DNA of 64,000 bases from Nemertoderma westbladi. Lineage: Eukaryota; Animalia; Xenacoelomorpha. Positions 49,741 to 64,000 of the stretch are shown piece by piece (position 1 is the first letter of the stretch; every line of letters begins with the position of its first letter). The stretch is from NCBI GenBank assembly GCA_032718475.1, contig JAUCBJ010008124.1, forward strand, positions 1 through 64,000, in the 5' to 3' direction. Made by a program: the position numbers and the translations under genes. The notes beneath the pieces were generated by a model, which had not been told where the DNA came from, did not search any database, and saw only the letters and a program-made list of their open reading frames with translations.

Positions 49741-52700
49741 TAACAGGATGTATGATTGTAGGATGTATGTTTGAGTGTAGACTTTAGAACCATAACAGGA
49801 TGTATGATTGTAGGAAGTATGTTTGAGTGTAGACTTTAGAACCATAACAGGGTGTATGATTGTAGGATGTATGTTTGAGTGTAGTCTTTAGAACCATAAC
49901 AGGATGTATGATTGTAGGATGTATGTTTGAGTGTAGACTTTAGAACCATAACAAGGTGTATGATTGTAGGATGTATGTTTGAGTGTAGACTTTAGAACCA
50001 TAACAGGGTGTATGATTGTAGGATGTATGTTTGAGTGTAGTCTTTAGAACCATAACAGGATGTATGATTGTAGGATGTATGTTTGAGTGTAGACTTTAGA
50101 ACCATAACAGGGTGTATGATTGTAGGATGTATGTTTGAGTGTAGTCTTTAGAACCATAACAGGATGTATGATTGTAGGATGTATGTTTGAGTGTAGACTT
50201 TAGAACCATAACAAGGTGTATGATTGTAGGATGTATGTTTGAGTGTAGACTTTAGAACCATAACAGGATGTATGATTGTAGGATGTATGTTTGTGTGTAG
50301 ACTTTAGAACCATAACAGGGTGTATGATTGTAGGATGTATGTTTGTGTGTAGACTTTAGAACCATAACAGGGTGTATGATTGTAGGATGTATGTTTGAGT
50401 GTAGACTTTAGAACCATAACAGGATGTATGATTGTAGGATGTATGTTTGTGTGTAGACTTTAGAACCATAACAGGGTGTATGATTGTAGGATGTATGTTT
50501 GAGTGTAGTCTTTAGAACCATAACAGGGTGTATGATTGTAGGATGTATGTTTGAGTGTAGACTTTAGAACCATAACAGGGTGTATGATTGTAGGATGTAT
50601 GTTTGAGTGTAGACTTTAGAACCATAACAGGGTGTATGATTGTAGGATGTATGTTTGAGTGTAGACTTTAGAACCATAACAGGGTGTATGATTGTAGGAT
50701 GTATGTTTGAGTGTAGACTTTAGAACCATAACATGGTGTATGATTGTAGGATGTATGTTTGAGTGTAGACTTTAGAACCATAACAGGGTGTATGATTGTA
50801 GGATGTATGTTTGAGTGTAGACTTTAGAACCATAACAGGGTGTATGATTGTAGGATGTATGTTTGAGTGTAGACTTTAGAACCATAACAGGGTGTATGAT
50901 TGTAGGATGTATGTTTGAGTGTAGACTTTAGAACCATAACATGGTGTATGATTGTAGGATGTATGTTTGAGTGTAGACTTTAGAACCATAACAGGATGTA
51001 TGATTGTAGGATGTATGTTTGTGTGTAGACTTTAGAACCATAACAGGATGTATGATTGTAGGATGTATGTTTGAGTGTAGACTTTAGAACCATAACAGGG
51101 TGTATGATTGTAGGATGTATGTTTGAGTGTAGACTTTAGAACCATAACAGGGTGTATGATTGTAGGATGTATGTTTGAGTGTAGACTTTAGAACCATAAC
51201 AGGGTGTATGATTGTAGGATGTATGTTTGAGTGTAGACTTTAGAACCATAACAGGGTGTATGATTGTAGGATGTATGTTTGAGTGTAGACTTTAGAACCA
51301 TAACAGGGTTTATGATTGTAGGATGTATGTTTGAGTGTAGACTTTAGAACCATAACAGGGTGTATGATTGTAGGATGTATGTTTGAGTGTAGACTTTAGA
51401 ACCATAACAGGGTGTATGATTGTAGGATGTATGTTTGAGTGTAGACTTTAGAACCATAACAGGGTGTATGATTGTAGGATGTATGTTTGAGTGTAGACTT
51501 TAGAACCATAACAGGGTGTATGATTGTAGGATGTATGTTTGAGTGTAGACTTTAGAACCATAACAGGGTGTATGATTGTAGGATGAATGTTTGAGTGTAG
51601 ACTTTAGAACCATAACAGGGTGTATGATTGTAGGATGTATGTTTGAGTGTAGACTTTAGAACCATAACAGGGTGTATGATTGTAGGATGTATGTTTGAGT
51701 GTAGACTTTAGAACCATAACAGGGTGTATGATTGTAGGATGTATGTTTGAGTGTAGACTTTAGAACCATAACAGGGTGTATGATTGTAGGATGTATGTTT
51801 GAGTGTAGACTTTAGAACCATAACAGGGTGTATGATTGTAGGATGTATGTTTGAGTGTAGACTTTAGAACCATAACAGGGTGTATGATTGTAGGATGTAT
51901 GTTTGAGTGTAGACTTTAGAACCATAACAGGGTGTATGATTGTAGGATGTATGTTTGAGTGTAGACTTTAGAACCATAACAGGGTGTATGATTGTAAGAA
52001 GTATGTTTGAGTGTAGACTTTAGAACCGTAACAGGGTGTATGATTGTAGGAAGTATGTTTGAGTGTAGACTTTAGAACCATAACAGGATGTATGATTGTA
52101 GGATGTATGTTTGAGTGTAGACTTTAGAACCATAACAGGATGTATGATTGTAGGATGTATGTTTGAGTGTAGACTTTAGAACCATAACAGGGTGTATGAT
52201 TGTAGGATGTAGTATGTTTGAGTGTAGACTTTAGAACCATAACAGGGTGTATGATTGTAGGATTTATGTTTGAGTGTAGACTTTAGAACCATAACAGGGT
52301 GTATGATTGTAGGATGTATGTTTGAGTGTAGACTTTAGAACCATAACAGGGTGTATGATTGTAGGATGTATGTTTGAGTGTAGACTTTAGAACCATAACA
52401 GGGTGTATGATTGTAGGATGTATGTTTGAGTGTAGACTTTAGAACCATAACAGGGTGTATGATTGTAGGATGTATGTTTGAGTGTAGACTTTAGAACCAT
52501 AACAGGGTGTATGATTGTAAGAAGTATGTTTGAGTGTAGACTTTAGAACCGTAACAGGGTGTATGATTGTAGGAAGTATGTTTGAGTGTAGACTTTAGAA
52601 CCATAACATGATGTATGATTGTAGGATGTATGTTTGATTGTAGACTTTAGAACCATAACAGGGTGTATGATTGTAGGATGTATGTTTGTGTGTAGACTTT

Positions 52701-55700
52701 AGAACCATAACAGGGTGTATGATTGTAGGATGTATGTTTGAGTGTAGACTTTAGAACCATAACAGGATGTATGATTGTAGGATGTATGTTTGAGTGTAGA
52801 CTTTAGAACCATAACAGGGTGTATGATTGTAGGAAGTATGTTTGAGTGTAGACTTTAGAACCATAACAGGATGTATGATTATAGGATGTATGTTTGAGTG
52901 TAGACTTTAGAACCATAACAGGATGTATGATTGTAGGATGTATGTTTGAGTGTAGACTTTAGAACCATAACAGGATGTATGATTGTAGGATGTATGTTTG
53001 AGTGTAGACTTTAGAACCATAACAGGGTGTATGATTGTAGGATGTAGTATGTTTGAGTGTAGACTTTAGAACCATAACAGGGTGTATGATTGTAGGATTT
53101 ATGTTTGAGTGTAGACTTTAGAACCATAACAGGGTGTATGATTGTAGGATGTATGTTTGAGTGTAGACTTTAGAACCATAACAGGGTGTATGATTGTAGG
53201 ATGTATGTTTGAGTGTAGACTTTAGAACCATAACAGGGTGTATGATTGTAGGATGTATGTTTGAGTGTAGACTTTAGAACCATAACAGGGTGTATGATTG
53301 TAGGATGTATGTTTGAGTGTAGACTTTAGAACCATAACAGGGTGTATGATTGTAAGAAGTATGTTTGAGTGTAGACTTTAGAACCGTAACAGGGTGTATG
53401 ATTGTAGGAAGTATGTTTGAGTGTAGACTTTAGAACCATAACATGATGTATGATTGTAGGATGTATGTTTGATTGTAGACTTTAGAACCATAACAGGGTG
53501 TATGATTGTAGGATGTATGTTTGTGTGTAGACTTTAGAACCATAACAGGGTGTATGATTGTAGGATGTATGTTTGAGTGTAGACTTTAGAACCATAACAG
53601 GGTGTATGATTGTAGGATGTATGTTTGAGTGTAGACTTTAGAACCATAACAGGATGTATGATTGTAGGATGTATGTTTGAGTGTAGACTTTAGAACCATA
53701 ACAGGGTGTATGATTGTAGGAAGTATGTTTGAGTGTAGACTTTAGAACCATAACAGGATGTATGATTATAGGATGTATGTTTGAGTGTAGACTTTAGAAC
53801 CATAACAGAGTGTATGATTGTAGGATGTATGTTTGAGTGTAGACTTTAGAACCATAACAGGGTGTATGATTGTAGGATGTATGTTTGAGTGTAGACTTTA
53901 GAACCATAACAGGGTGTATGATTGTAGGATGTATGTTTGAGTGTAGACTTTAGAACCATAACAGGGTGCATGATTGTAGGATGTAGTATGTTTGAGTGTA
54001 GACTTTAGAACCATAACAGGGTGTATGATTGTAGGATTTATGTTTGAGTGTAGACTTTAGAACCATAACAAGGTAAATGATTGTAGGATGTATGTTTGAG
54101 TGTAGACTTTAGAACCATAACAGGGTGTATGATTGTAGGAAGTATGTTTGAGTGTAGACTTTAGAACCATAACAGGATGTATGATTATAGGATGTATGTT
54201 TGAGTGTAGACTTTAGAACCATAACAGAGTGTATGATTGTAGGATGTATGTTTGAGTGTAGACTTTAGAACCATAACAGGGTGTATGATTGTAGGATGTA
54301 TGTTTGAGTGTAGACTTTAGAACCATAACAGGGTGTATGATTGTAGGATGTATGTTTGAGTGTAGACTTTAGAACCATAACAGGGTGTATGATTGTAGGA
54401 TGTAGTATGTTTGAGTGTAGACTTTAGAACCATAACAGGATGTATGATTGTAGGATGTATGTTTGAGTGTAGACTTTAGAACCATAACAGGATGTATGAT
54501 TGTAGGATGTATGTTTGAGTGTAGACTTTAGAACCATAACAGGGTGTATGATTGTAGGATGTAGTATGTTTGAGTGTAGACTTTAGAAGCATAACAGGGT
54601 GTATGATTGTAGGATGTATGTTTGAGTGTAGACTTTAGAACCATAACAGGGTGTATGATTGTAGGATGTATGTTTGAGTGTAGACTTTAGAACCATAACA
54701 GGGTGTATGATTGTAGGATGTATGTTTGAGTGTAGACTTTAGAACCATAACAGGATGTATGATTGTAGGATGTAGTATGTTTGAGTGTAGACTTTAGAAC
54801 CATAACAGGATGTATGATTGTAGGATGTATGTTTGAGTGTAGACTTTAGAAGCATAACAGGGTGTATGATTGTAGGATGTAGTATGTTTGAGTGTAGACT
54901 TTAGAACCATAACATGGTGTATGATTGTAGGATGTATGTTTGAGTGTAGACTTTAGAACCATAACAGGGTGTATGATTGTAGGATGTATGTTTGAGTGTA
55001 GACTTTAGAACCATAACAGGGTGTATGATTGTAGGATTTATGTTTGAGTGTAGACTTTAGAACCATAACAGGGTGTATGATTGTAGGATGTATGTTTGAG
55101 TGTAGACTTTAGAACCATAACAGGGTGTATGATTGTAGGATGTATGTTTGAGTGTAGACTTTAGAACCATAACAGGATGTATGATTGTAGGATGTAGTAT
55201 GTTTGAGTGTAGACTTTAGAACCATAACAGGATGTATGATTGTAGGATGTATGTTTGAGTGTAGACTTTAGAACCATAACAGGGTGTATGATTGTAGGAT
55301 GTATGTTTGAGTGTAGACTTTAGAACCATAACAGGATGTATGATTGTAGGATGTAGTATGTTTGAGTGTAGACTTTAGAACCATAACAGGATGTATGATT
55401 GTAGGATGTATGTTTGAGTGTAGACTTTAGAACCATAACAGGGTGTATGATTGTAGGATGTATGTTTGAGTGTAGACTTTAGAACCATAACAGGGTGTAT
55501 GATTGTAGGATGTATGTTTGAGTGTAGACTTTAGAACCATAACAGGATGTATGATTGTAGGATGTAGTATGTTTGAGTGTAGACTTTAGAACCATAACAG
55601 GATGTATGATTGTAGGATGTATGTTTGAGTGTAGACTTTAGAAGCATAACAGGGTGTATGATTGTAGGATGTATGTTTGAGTGTAGACTTTAGAACCATA

Positions 55701-58700
55701 ACAGGATGTATGATTGTAGGATGTATGTTTGAGTGTAGACTTTAGAACCATAACAGGGTGTATGATTGTAGGATGTAGTATGTTTGAGTGTAGACTTTAG
55801 AAGCATAACAGGGTGTATGATTGTAGGATTTATGTTTGAGTGTAGACTTTAGAACCATAACAGGGTGTATGATTGTAGGATTTATGTTTGAGTGTAGACT
55901 TTAGAACCATAACAGGATGTATGATTGTAGGATGTAGTATGTTTGAGTGTAGACTTTAGAAGCATAACAGGGTGTATGATTGTAGGATTTATGTTTGAGT
56001 GTAGACTTTAGAACCATAGCAGGGTGTATGATTGTATGATTTATGTTTGAGTGTAGACTTTAGAACCATAACAGGGTGTATGATTGTAGGATGTATGTTT
56101 GAGTGTAGACTTTAGAACCATAACAGGATGTATGATTGTAGGATGTATGTTTGAGTGTAGACTTTAGAACCATAACAGGGTGTATGATTGTAGGATGTAT
56201 GTTTGAGTGTAGACTTTAGAACCATAACAGGGTGTATGATTGTAGGATGTAGTATGTTTGAGTGTAGACTTTAGAACCATAACAGGGTGTATGATTGTAG
56301 GATGTATGTTTGAGTGTAGACTTTAGAACCATAACAGGGTGTATGACTGTAGGATGTATGTTTGAGTGTAGACTTTAGAACCATAACAGGGTGTATGATT
56401 GTAGGATGTATGTTTGAGTGTAGACTTTAGAACCATAACAGGGTGTATGATTGTAGGATGTATGTTTGAGTGTAGACTTTAGAACCATAACAGGATGTAT
56501 GATTGTAGGATGTAGTATGTTTGAGTGTAGACTTTAGAAGCATAACAGGGTGTATGATTGTAGGATTTATGTTTGAGTGTAGACTTTAGAACCATAGCAG
56601 GGTGTATGATTGTATGATTTATGTTTGAGTGTAGACTTTAGAACCATAACAGGGTGTATGATTGTAGGATGTATGTTTGAGTGTAGACTTTAGAACCATA
56701 ACAGGATGTATGATTGTAGGATGTATGTTTGAGTGTAGACTTTAGAACCATAACAGGGTGTATGATTGTAGGATGTATGTTTGAGTGTAGACTTTAGAAC
56801 CATAACAGGGTGTATGATTGTAGGATGTAGTATGTTTGAGTGTAGACTTTAGAACCATAACAGGGTGTATGATTGTAGGATGTATGTTTGAGTGTAGACT
56901 TTAGAACCATAACAGGGTGTATGACTGTAGGATGTATGTTTGAGTGTAGACTTTAGAACCATAACAGGGTGTATGATTGTAGGATGTATGTTTGAGTGTA
57001 GACTTTAGAACCATAACAGGGTGTATGATTGTAGGATGTATGTTTGAGTGTAGACTTTAGAACCATAACAGGATGTATGATTGTAGGATGTATGTTTGAG
57101 TGTAGACTTTAGAACCATAACAGGGTGTATGATTGTAGGAAGTAGTATGTTTGAGTGTAGACTTTAGAACCATAACAGGGTGTATGATTGTAGGATGTAG
57201 TATGTTTGAGTGTAGACTTTAGAACCATAACAGGGTGTATGATTGTAGGATGTAGTATGTTTGAGTGTAGACTTTAGAACCATAACAGGGTGTATGATTG
57301 TAGGATGTAGTATGTTTGAGTGTAGACTTTAGAACCATAACAGGGTGTATGATTGTAGATTATAGGATGTATGTTTGAGTGTAGACTTTAGAACCATAAC
57401 AGGGTGTATGATTGTAGGATGTATGTTTGAGTGTAGACTTTAGAACCATAACAGGGTGTATGATTGTAGGAAGTATGTTTGAGTGTAGACTTTAGAACCA
57501 TAACAGGGTGTATGATTGTAGGATGTAGTATGTTTGAGTGTAGACTTTAGAACCATAACAGGGTGTATGATTGTAGATTATAGGATGTATGTTTGAGTGT
57601 AGACTTTAGAACCATAACAGGGTGTATGATTGTAGGATGTATGTTTGAGTGTAGACTTTAGAACCATAACAGGGTGTATGATTGTAGGATGTAGTATGTT
57701 TGAGTGTAGACTTTAGAACCATAACAGGGTGTATGATTGTAGATTATAGGATGTATGTTTGAGTGTAGACTTTAGAACCATAACAGGGTGTATGATTGTA
57801 TGATTTATGTTTGAGTGTAGACTTTAGAACCATAACAGGGTGTATGATTGTAGGATGTAGTATGTTTGAGTGTAGACTTTAGAACCATAACAGGGTGTAT
57901 GATTGTAGGATGTATGTTTGAGTGTAGACTTTAGAACCATAACAGGGTGTATGATTGTAGGATGTAGTATGTTTGAGTGTAGACTTTAGAACCATAACAG
58001 GGTGTATGATTGTAGATTATAGGATGTATGTTTGAGTGTAGACTTTAGAACCATAACAGGGTGTATGATTGTAGGATGTAGTATGTTTGAGTGTAGACTT
58101 TAGAACCATAACAGGGTGTATGATTGTAGATTATAGGATGTATGTTTGAGTGTAGACTTTAGAACCATAACAGGATGTATGATTGTAGGAAGTATGTTTG
58201 AGTGTAGACTTTAGAACCATAACAGGATGTATGATTGTAGGATGTATGTTTGAGTGTAGACTTTAGAACCATAACAGGGTGTATGATTGTAGATTATAGG
58301 ATGTATGTTTGAGTGTAGACTTTAGAACCATAACAGGGTGTATGATTGTATGATTTATGTTTGAGTGTAGACTTTAGAACCATAACAGGGTGTATGATTG
58401 TAGGATGTAGTATGTTTGAGTGTAGACTTTAGAACCATAACAGGGTGTATGATTGTAGGATGTATGTTTGAGTGTAGACTTTAGAACCATAACAGGGTGT
58501 ATGATTGTAGGATGTAGTATGTTTGAGTGTAGACTTTAGAACCATAACAGGGTGTATGATTGTAGATTATAGGATGTATGTTTGAGTGTAGACTTTAGAA
58601 CCATAACAGGGTGTATGATTGTATGATTTATGTTTGAGTGTAGACTTTAGAACCATAACAGGGTGTATGATTGTAGATTATAGGATGTATGTTTGAGTGT

Positions 58701-61700
58701 AGACTTTAGAACCATAACAGGGTGTATGATTGTAGGATTTATGTTTGAGTGTAGACTTTAGAACCATAACAGGGTGTATGATTGTAGGATGTATGTTTGA
58801 GTGTAGACTTTAGAACCATAACAGGATGTATGATTGTAGGATGTATGTTTGAGTGTAGACTTTAGAACCATAACAGGGTGTATGATTGTAGGATGTATGT
58901 TTGAGTGTAGACTTTAGAACCATAACAGGATGTATGATTGTAGGATGTATGTTTGAGTGTAGACTTTAGAACCATAACAGGATGTATGATTGTAGGATGT
59001 ATGTTTGAGTGTAGACTTTAGAACCATAACAGGGTGTATGATTGTAAGATGTATGTTTGAGTGTAGACTTTAGAACCATAACAGGGTGTATGATTGTAGG
59101 ATGTATGTTTGAGTGTAGACTTTAGAACCATAACAGGATGTATGATTGTAGGATGTATGTTTGAGTGTAGACTTTAGAACCATAACAGGGTGTATGATTG
59201 TAGGAAGTAGTATGTTTGAGTGTAGACTTTAGAACCATAACAGGGTGTATGATTGTAGGATGTAGTATGTTTGAGTGTAGACTTTAGAACCATAACAGGG
59301 TGTATGATTGTAGGATGTATGTTTGAGTGTAGACTTTAGAACCATAACAGGATGTATGATTGTAGGATGTATGTTTGAGTGTAGACTTTAGAACCATAAC
59401 AGGGTGTATGATTGTAGGATGTAGTATGTTTGAGTGTAGACTTTAGAACCATAACAGGGTGTATGATTGTAGGATGTATGTTTGAGTGTAGACTTTAGAA
59501 CCATAACAGGGTGTATGATTGTAGGATGTAGTATGTTTGAGTGTAGACTTTAGAACCATAACAGGATGTATGATTGTAGGATGTATGTTTGAGTGTAGAC
59601 TTTAGAACCATAACAGGATGTATGATTGTAGGATGTATGTTTGAGTGTAGACTTTAGAACCATAACAGGGTGTATGATTGTAGGATGTAGTATGTTTGAG
59701 TGTAGACTTTAGAACCATAACAGGGTGTATGATTGTAGGATGTATGTTTGAGTGTAGACTTTAGAACCATAACAGGGTGTATGATTGTAGGATGTATGTT
59801 TGAGTGTAGACTTTAGAACCATAACAGGGTGTATGATTGTAGGATGTATGTTTGAGTGTAGACTTTAGAACCATAACAGGGTGTATGATTGTAGGATGTA
59901 GTATGTTTGAGTGTAGACTTTAGAACCATAACAGGGTGTATGATTGTAGGATGTATGTTTGAGTGTAGACTTTAGAACCATAACAGGGTGTATGACTGTA
60001 GGATGTATGTTTGAGTGTAGACTTTAGAACCATAACAGGGTGTATGACTGTAGGATGTATGTTTGAGTGTAGACTTTAGAACCATAACAGGGTGTATGAT
60101 TGTAGGAAGTAGTATGTTTGAGTGTAGACTTTAGAACCATAACAGGGTGTATGATTGTAGGATGTATGTTTGAGTGTAGACTTTAGAACCATAACAGGGT
60201 GTATGATTGTAGGATGTAGTATGTTTGAGTGTAGACTTTAGAACCATAACAGGGTGTATGATTGTAGGAAGTAGTATGTTTGAGTGTAGACTTTAGAACC
60301 ATAACAGGGTGTATGATTGTAGATTGTAGGATGTATGTTTGAGTGTAGACTTTAGAACCATAACAGGGTGTATGATTGTAGGATGTAGTATGTTTGAGTG
60401 TAGACTTTAGAACCATAACAGGGTGTATGATTGTAGGATGTATGTTTGAGTGTAGACTTTAGAACCATAACAGGGTGTATGACTGTAGGATGTATGTTTG
60501 AGTGTAGACTTTAGAACCATAACAGGGTGTATGATTGTAGGATGTAGTATGTTTGAGTGTAGACTTTAGAACCATAACAGGGTGTATGACTGTAGGATGT
60601 ATGTTTGTGTGTAGACTTTAGAACCATAACAGGGTGTATGATTGTAGGATGTATGTTTGAGTGTAGACTTTAGAACCATAGCAGGGTGTATGATTGTAGG
60701 ATGTAGTATGTTTGAGTGTAGACTTTAGAACCATAACAGGGTGTATGATTGTAGGATGTATGTTTGAGTGTAGACTTTAGAACCATAACAGGGTGTATGA
60801 CTGTAGGATGTATGTTTGAGTGTAGACTTTAGAACCATAACAGGGTGTATGATTGTAGGAAGTAGTATGTTTGAGTGTAGACTTTAGAACCATAACAGGG
60901 TGTATGATTGTAGGATGTATGTTTGAGTGTAGACTTTAGAACCATAACAGGGTGTATGATTGTAGGATGTAGTATGTTTGAGTGTAGACTTTAGAACCAT
61001 AACAGGGTGTATGACTGTAGGATGTATGTTTGTGTGTAGACTTTAGAACCATAACAGGGTGTATGATTGTAGGATGTATGTTTGAGTGTAGACTTTAGAA
61101 CCATAGCAGGGTGTATGATTGTAGGATGTAGTATGTTTGAGTGTAGACTTTAGAACCATAACAGGATGTATGATTGTAGGATGTATGTTTGAGTGTAGAC
61201 TTTAGAACCATAACAGGGTGTATGATTGTAGGAAGTAGTATGTTTGAGTGTAGACTTTAGAACCATAACAGGGTGTATGATTGTAGGATGTATGTTTGAG
61301 TGTAGACTTTAGAACCATAACAGGGTGTATGATTGTAGGATGTAGTATGTTTGAGTGTAGACTTTAGAACCATAACAGGGTGTATGATTGTAGGATGTAT
61401 GTTTGAGTGTAGACTTTAGAACCATAACAGGGTGTATGACTGTAGGATGTATGTTTGAGTGTAGACTTTAGAACCATAACAGGGTGTATGATTGTAGGAA
61501 GTATGTTTGAGTGTAGACTTTAGAACCATAACAGGGTGTATGACTGTAGGATGTATGTTTGAGTGTAGACTTTAGAACCATAACAGGGTGTATGACTGTA
61601 GGATGTATGTTTGAGTGTAGACTTTAGAACCATAACAGTGTGTATGATTGTAGGAAGTATGTTTGAGTGTAGACTTTAGAACCATAACAGGGTGTATGAT

Positions 61701-64000
61701 TGTAGGATGTATGTTTGAGTGTAGACTTTAGAACCATAACAGGGTGTATGACTGTAGGATGTATGTTTGAGTGTAGACTTTAGAACCATAACAGGGTGTA
61801 TGATTGTAGGAAGTAGTATGTTTGAGTGTAGACTTTAGAACCATAACAGGGTGTATGATTGTAGGATGTATGTTTGAGTGTAGACTTTAGAACCATAACA
61901 GGGTGTATGATTGTAGGAAGTATGTTTGAGTGTAGACTTTAGAACCATAACAGGGTGTATGATTGTAGGATGTAGTATGTTTGAGTGTAGACTTTAGAAC
62001 CATAACAGGGTGTATGACTGTAGGATGTATGTTTGTGTGTAGACTTTAGAACCATAACAGGGTGTATGATTGTAGGATGTATGTTTGAGTGTAGACTTTA
62101 GAACCATAGCAGGGTGTATGATTGTAGGATGTAGTATGTTTGAGTGTAGACTTTAGAACCATAACAGGATGTATGATTGTAGGATGTATGTTTGAGTGTA
62201 GACTTTAGAACCATAACAGGGTGTATGATTGTAGGATGTAGTATGTTTGAGTGTAGACTTTAGAACCATAACAGGATGAATGATTGTAGGATGTATGTTT
62301 GAGTGTAGACTTTAGAACCATAACAGGATGTATGATTGTAGGATGTAGTATGTTTGAGTGTAGACTTTAGAACCATAACAGGATGTATGATTGTAGATTG
62401 TAGGATGTATGTTTGAGTGTAGTCTTTAGAACCATAACAAGGTGTATGATTGTAGATTGTAGGATGTATGTTTGAGTGTAGTCTTTAGAACCATAACAAG
62501 GTGTATGATTGTAGGATGTAGTATGTTTGAGTGTAGACTTTAGAACCATAACAGGGTGTATGATTGTAGATTGTAGGATGTATGTTTGAGTGTAGACTTT
62601 AGAACCATAACAGGATAAATGATTGTAGATTGTAGGATGTATGTTTGAGTGTAGACTTTAGAACCATAACAGGATAAATGATTGTAGATTGTAGGAAGTA
62701 TGTTTGAGTGTAGACTTTAGAACCATAACAGGGTGTATGATTGTAGGATGTATGTTTGAGTGTAGACTTTAGAACCATAACAGGGTGTATGATTGTAGGA
62801 TGTAGTATGTTTGAGTGTAGACTTTAGAACCATAACAGGGTGTATGATTGTAGGATGTATGTTTGAGTGTAGACTTTAGAACCATAACAGGGTGTATGAT
62901 TGTAGGATGTAGTATGTTTGAGTGTAGACTTTAGAACCATAACAGGATGTATGATTGTAGGATGTAGTATGTTTGAGTGTAGACTTTAGAACCATAACAG
63001 GGTGTATGATTATAGGATGTATGTTTGAGTGTAGACTTTAGAACCATAACAGGGTGTATGATTGTAGGATGTATGTTTGAGTGTAGACTTTAGAACCATA
63101 ACAGGGTGTATGATTGTAGGATGTAGTATGTTTGAGTGTAGACTTTAGAACCATAACAGGGTGTATGATTGTAGGATGTAGTATGTTTGAGTGTAGACTT
63201 TAGAACCATAACAGGGTGTATGATTGTAGGATGTATGTTTGAGTGTAGACTTTAGAACCATAACAGGGTGTATGATTGTAGGATGTAGTATGTTTGAGTG
63301 TAGACTTTAGAACCATAACAGGGTGTATGATTGTAGGATGTATGTTTGAGTGTAGACTTTAGAACCATAGCAGGGTGTATGATTGTAGGATGTAGTATGT
63401 TTGAGTGTAGACTTTAGAACCATAACAGGGTGTATGATTGTAGGATGTAGTATGTTTGAGTGTAGACTTTAGAACCATAACAGGGTGTATGATTGTAGGA
63501 TGTATGTTTGAGTGTAGACTTTAGAACCATAACAGGATGTATGATTGTAGGATGTATGTTTGAGTGTAGACTTTAGAACCATAACAGGGTGTATGATTGT
63601 AGGATGTAGTATGTTTGAGTGTAGACTTTAGAACCATAACAGGATGTATGATTGTAGGATGTATGTTTGAGTGTAGACTTTAGAACCATAACAGGGTGTA
63701 TGATTGTAGGAAGTATGTTTGAGTGTAGACTTTAGAACCATAACAGGATGAATGATTGTAGGATGTAGTATGTTTGAGTGTAGACTTTAGAACCATAACA
63801 GGGTGTATGATTGTAGGATGTATGTTTGAGTGTAGACTTTAGAACCATAACAGGGTGTATGATTGTAGGATGTAGTATGTTTGAGTGTAGACTTTAGAAC
63901 CATAACAGGATGTATGATTGTAGGATGTATGTTTGAGTGTAGACTTTAGAACCATAACAGGGTGTATGATTGTAGGAAGTATGTTTGAGTGTAGACTTTA
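49741..64000. repeat. 52-bp satellite (55- and 59-bp variants), >14 kb, open at window end
   Basis: Unit CCATAACAGG(G/A)TGTATGATTGTAGGATGTATGTTTGAGTGTAGACTTTAGAA. Confidence 0.99.

Overview
Repeat-dense eukaryotic DNA, most likely invertebrate animal heterochromatin. I found no convincing host gene, rRNA, tRNA or CRISPR. More than half of the window is tandem arrays: 56/57-, 40-, 30-, ~25/45-, 33-, 56- and 52-bp units plus a 1-kb (GT)n. Most ORFs in the supplied track are translation artefacts of these arrays. The real coding sequence is retroelement. (i) A decayed RTE-like LINE (14.2-17.2 kb) is interrupted by a 453-bp Penelope-like insert carrying a minimal hammerhead motif. (ii) An intact GalEa-type Copia element (23248-40686, TSD ACCAA) sits inside the 33-bp satellite. 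(iii) A 12.5-kb BEL/Pao element (28191-40647, TSD TAAAC) is nested in the Copia 3' LTR. (iv) A probable solo LTR lies at 43374-43905. The BEL/Pao element is the most interesting object. It has no tRNA primer-binding site; instead its leader is colinearly complementary to the predicted 5' end of its own transcript, with pairing ending exactly at the LTR boundary, which suggests self-priming. It also has a very long Gag region and a 2.6-kb 3' module with an extra zinc-knuckle ORF. All alignments and counts were done by eye.
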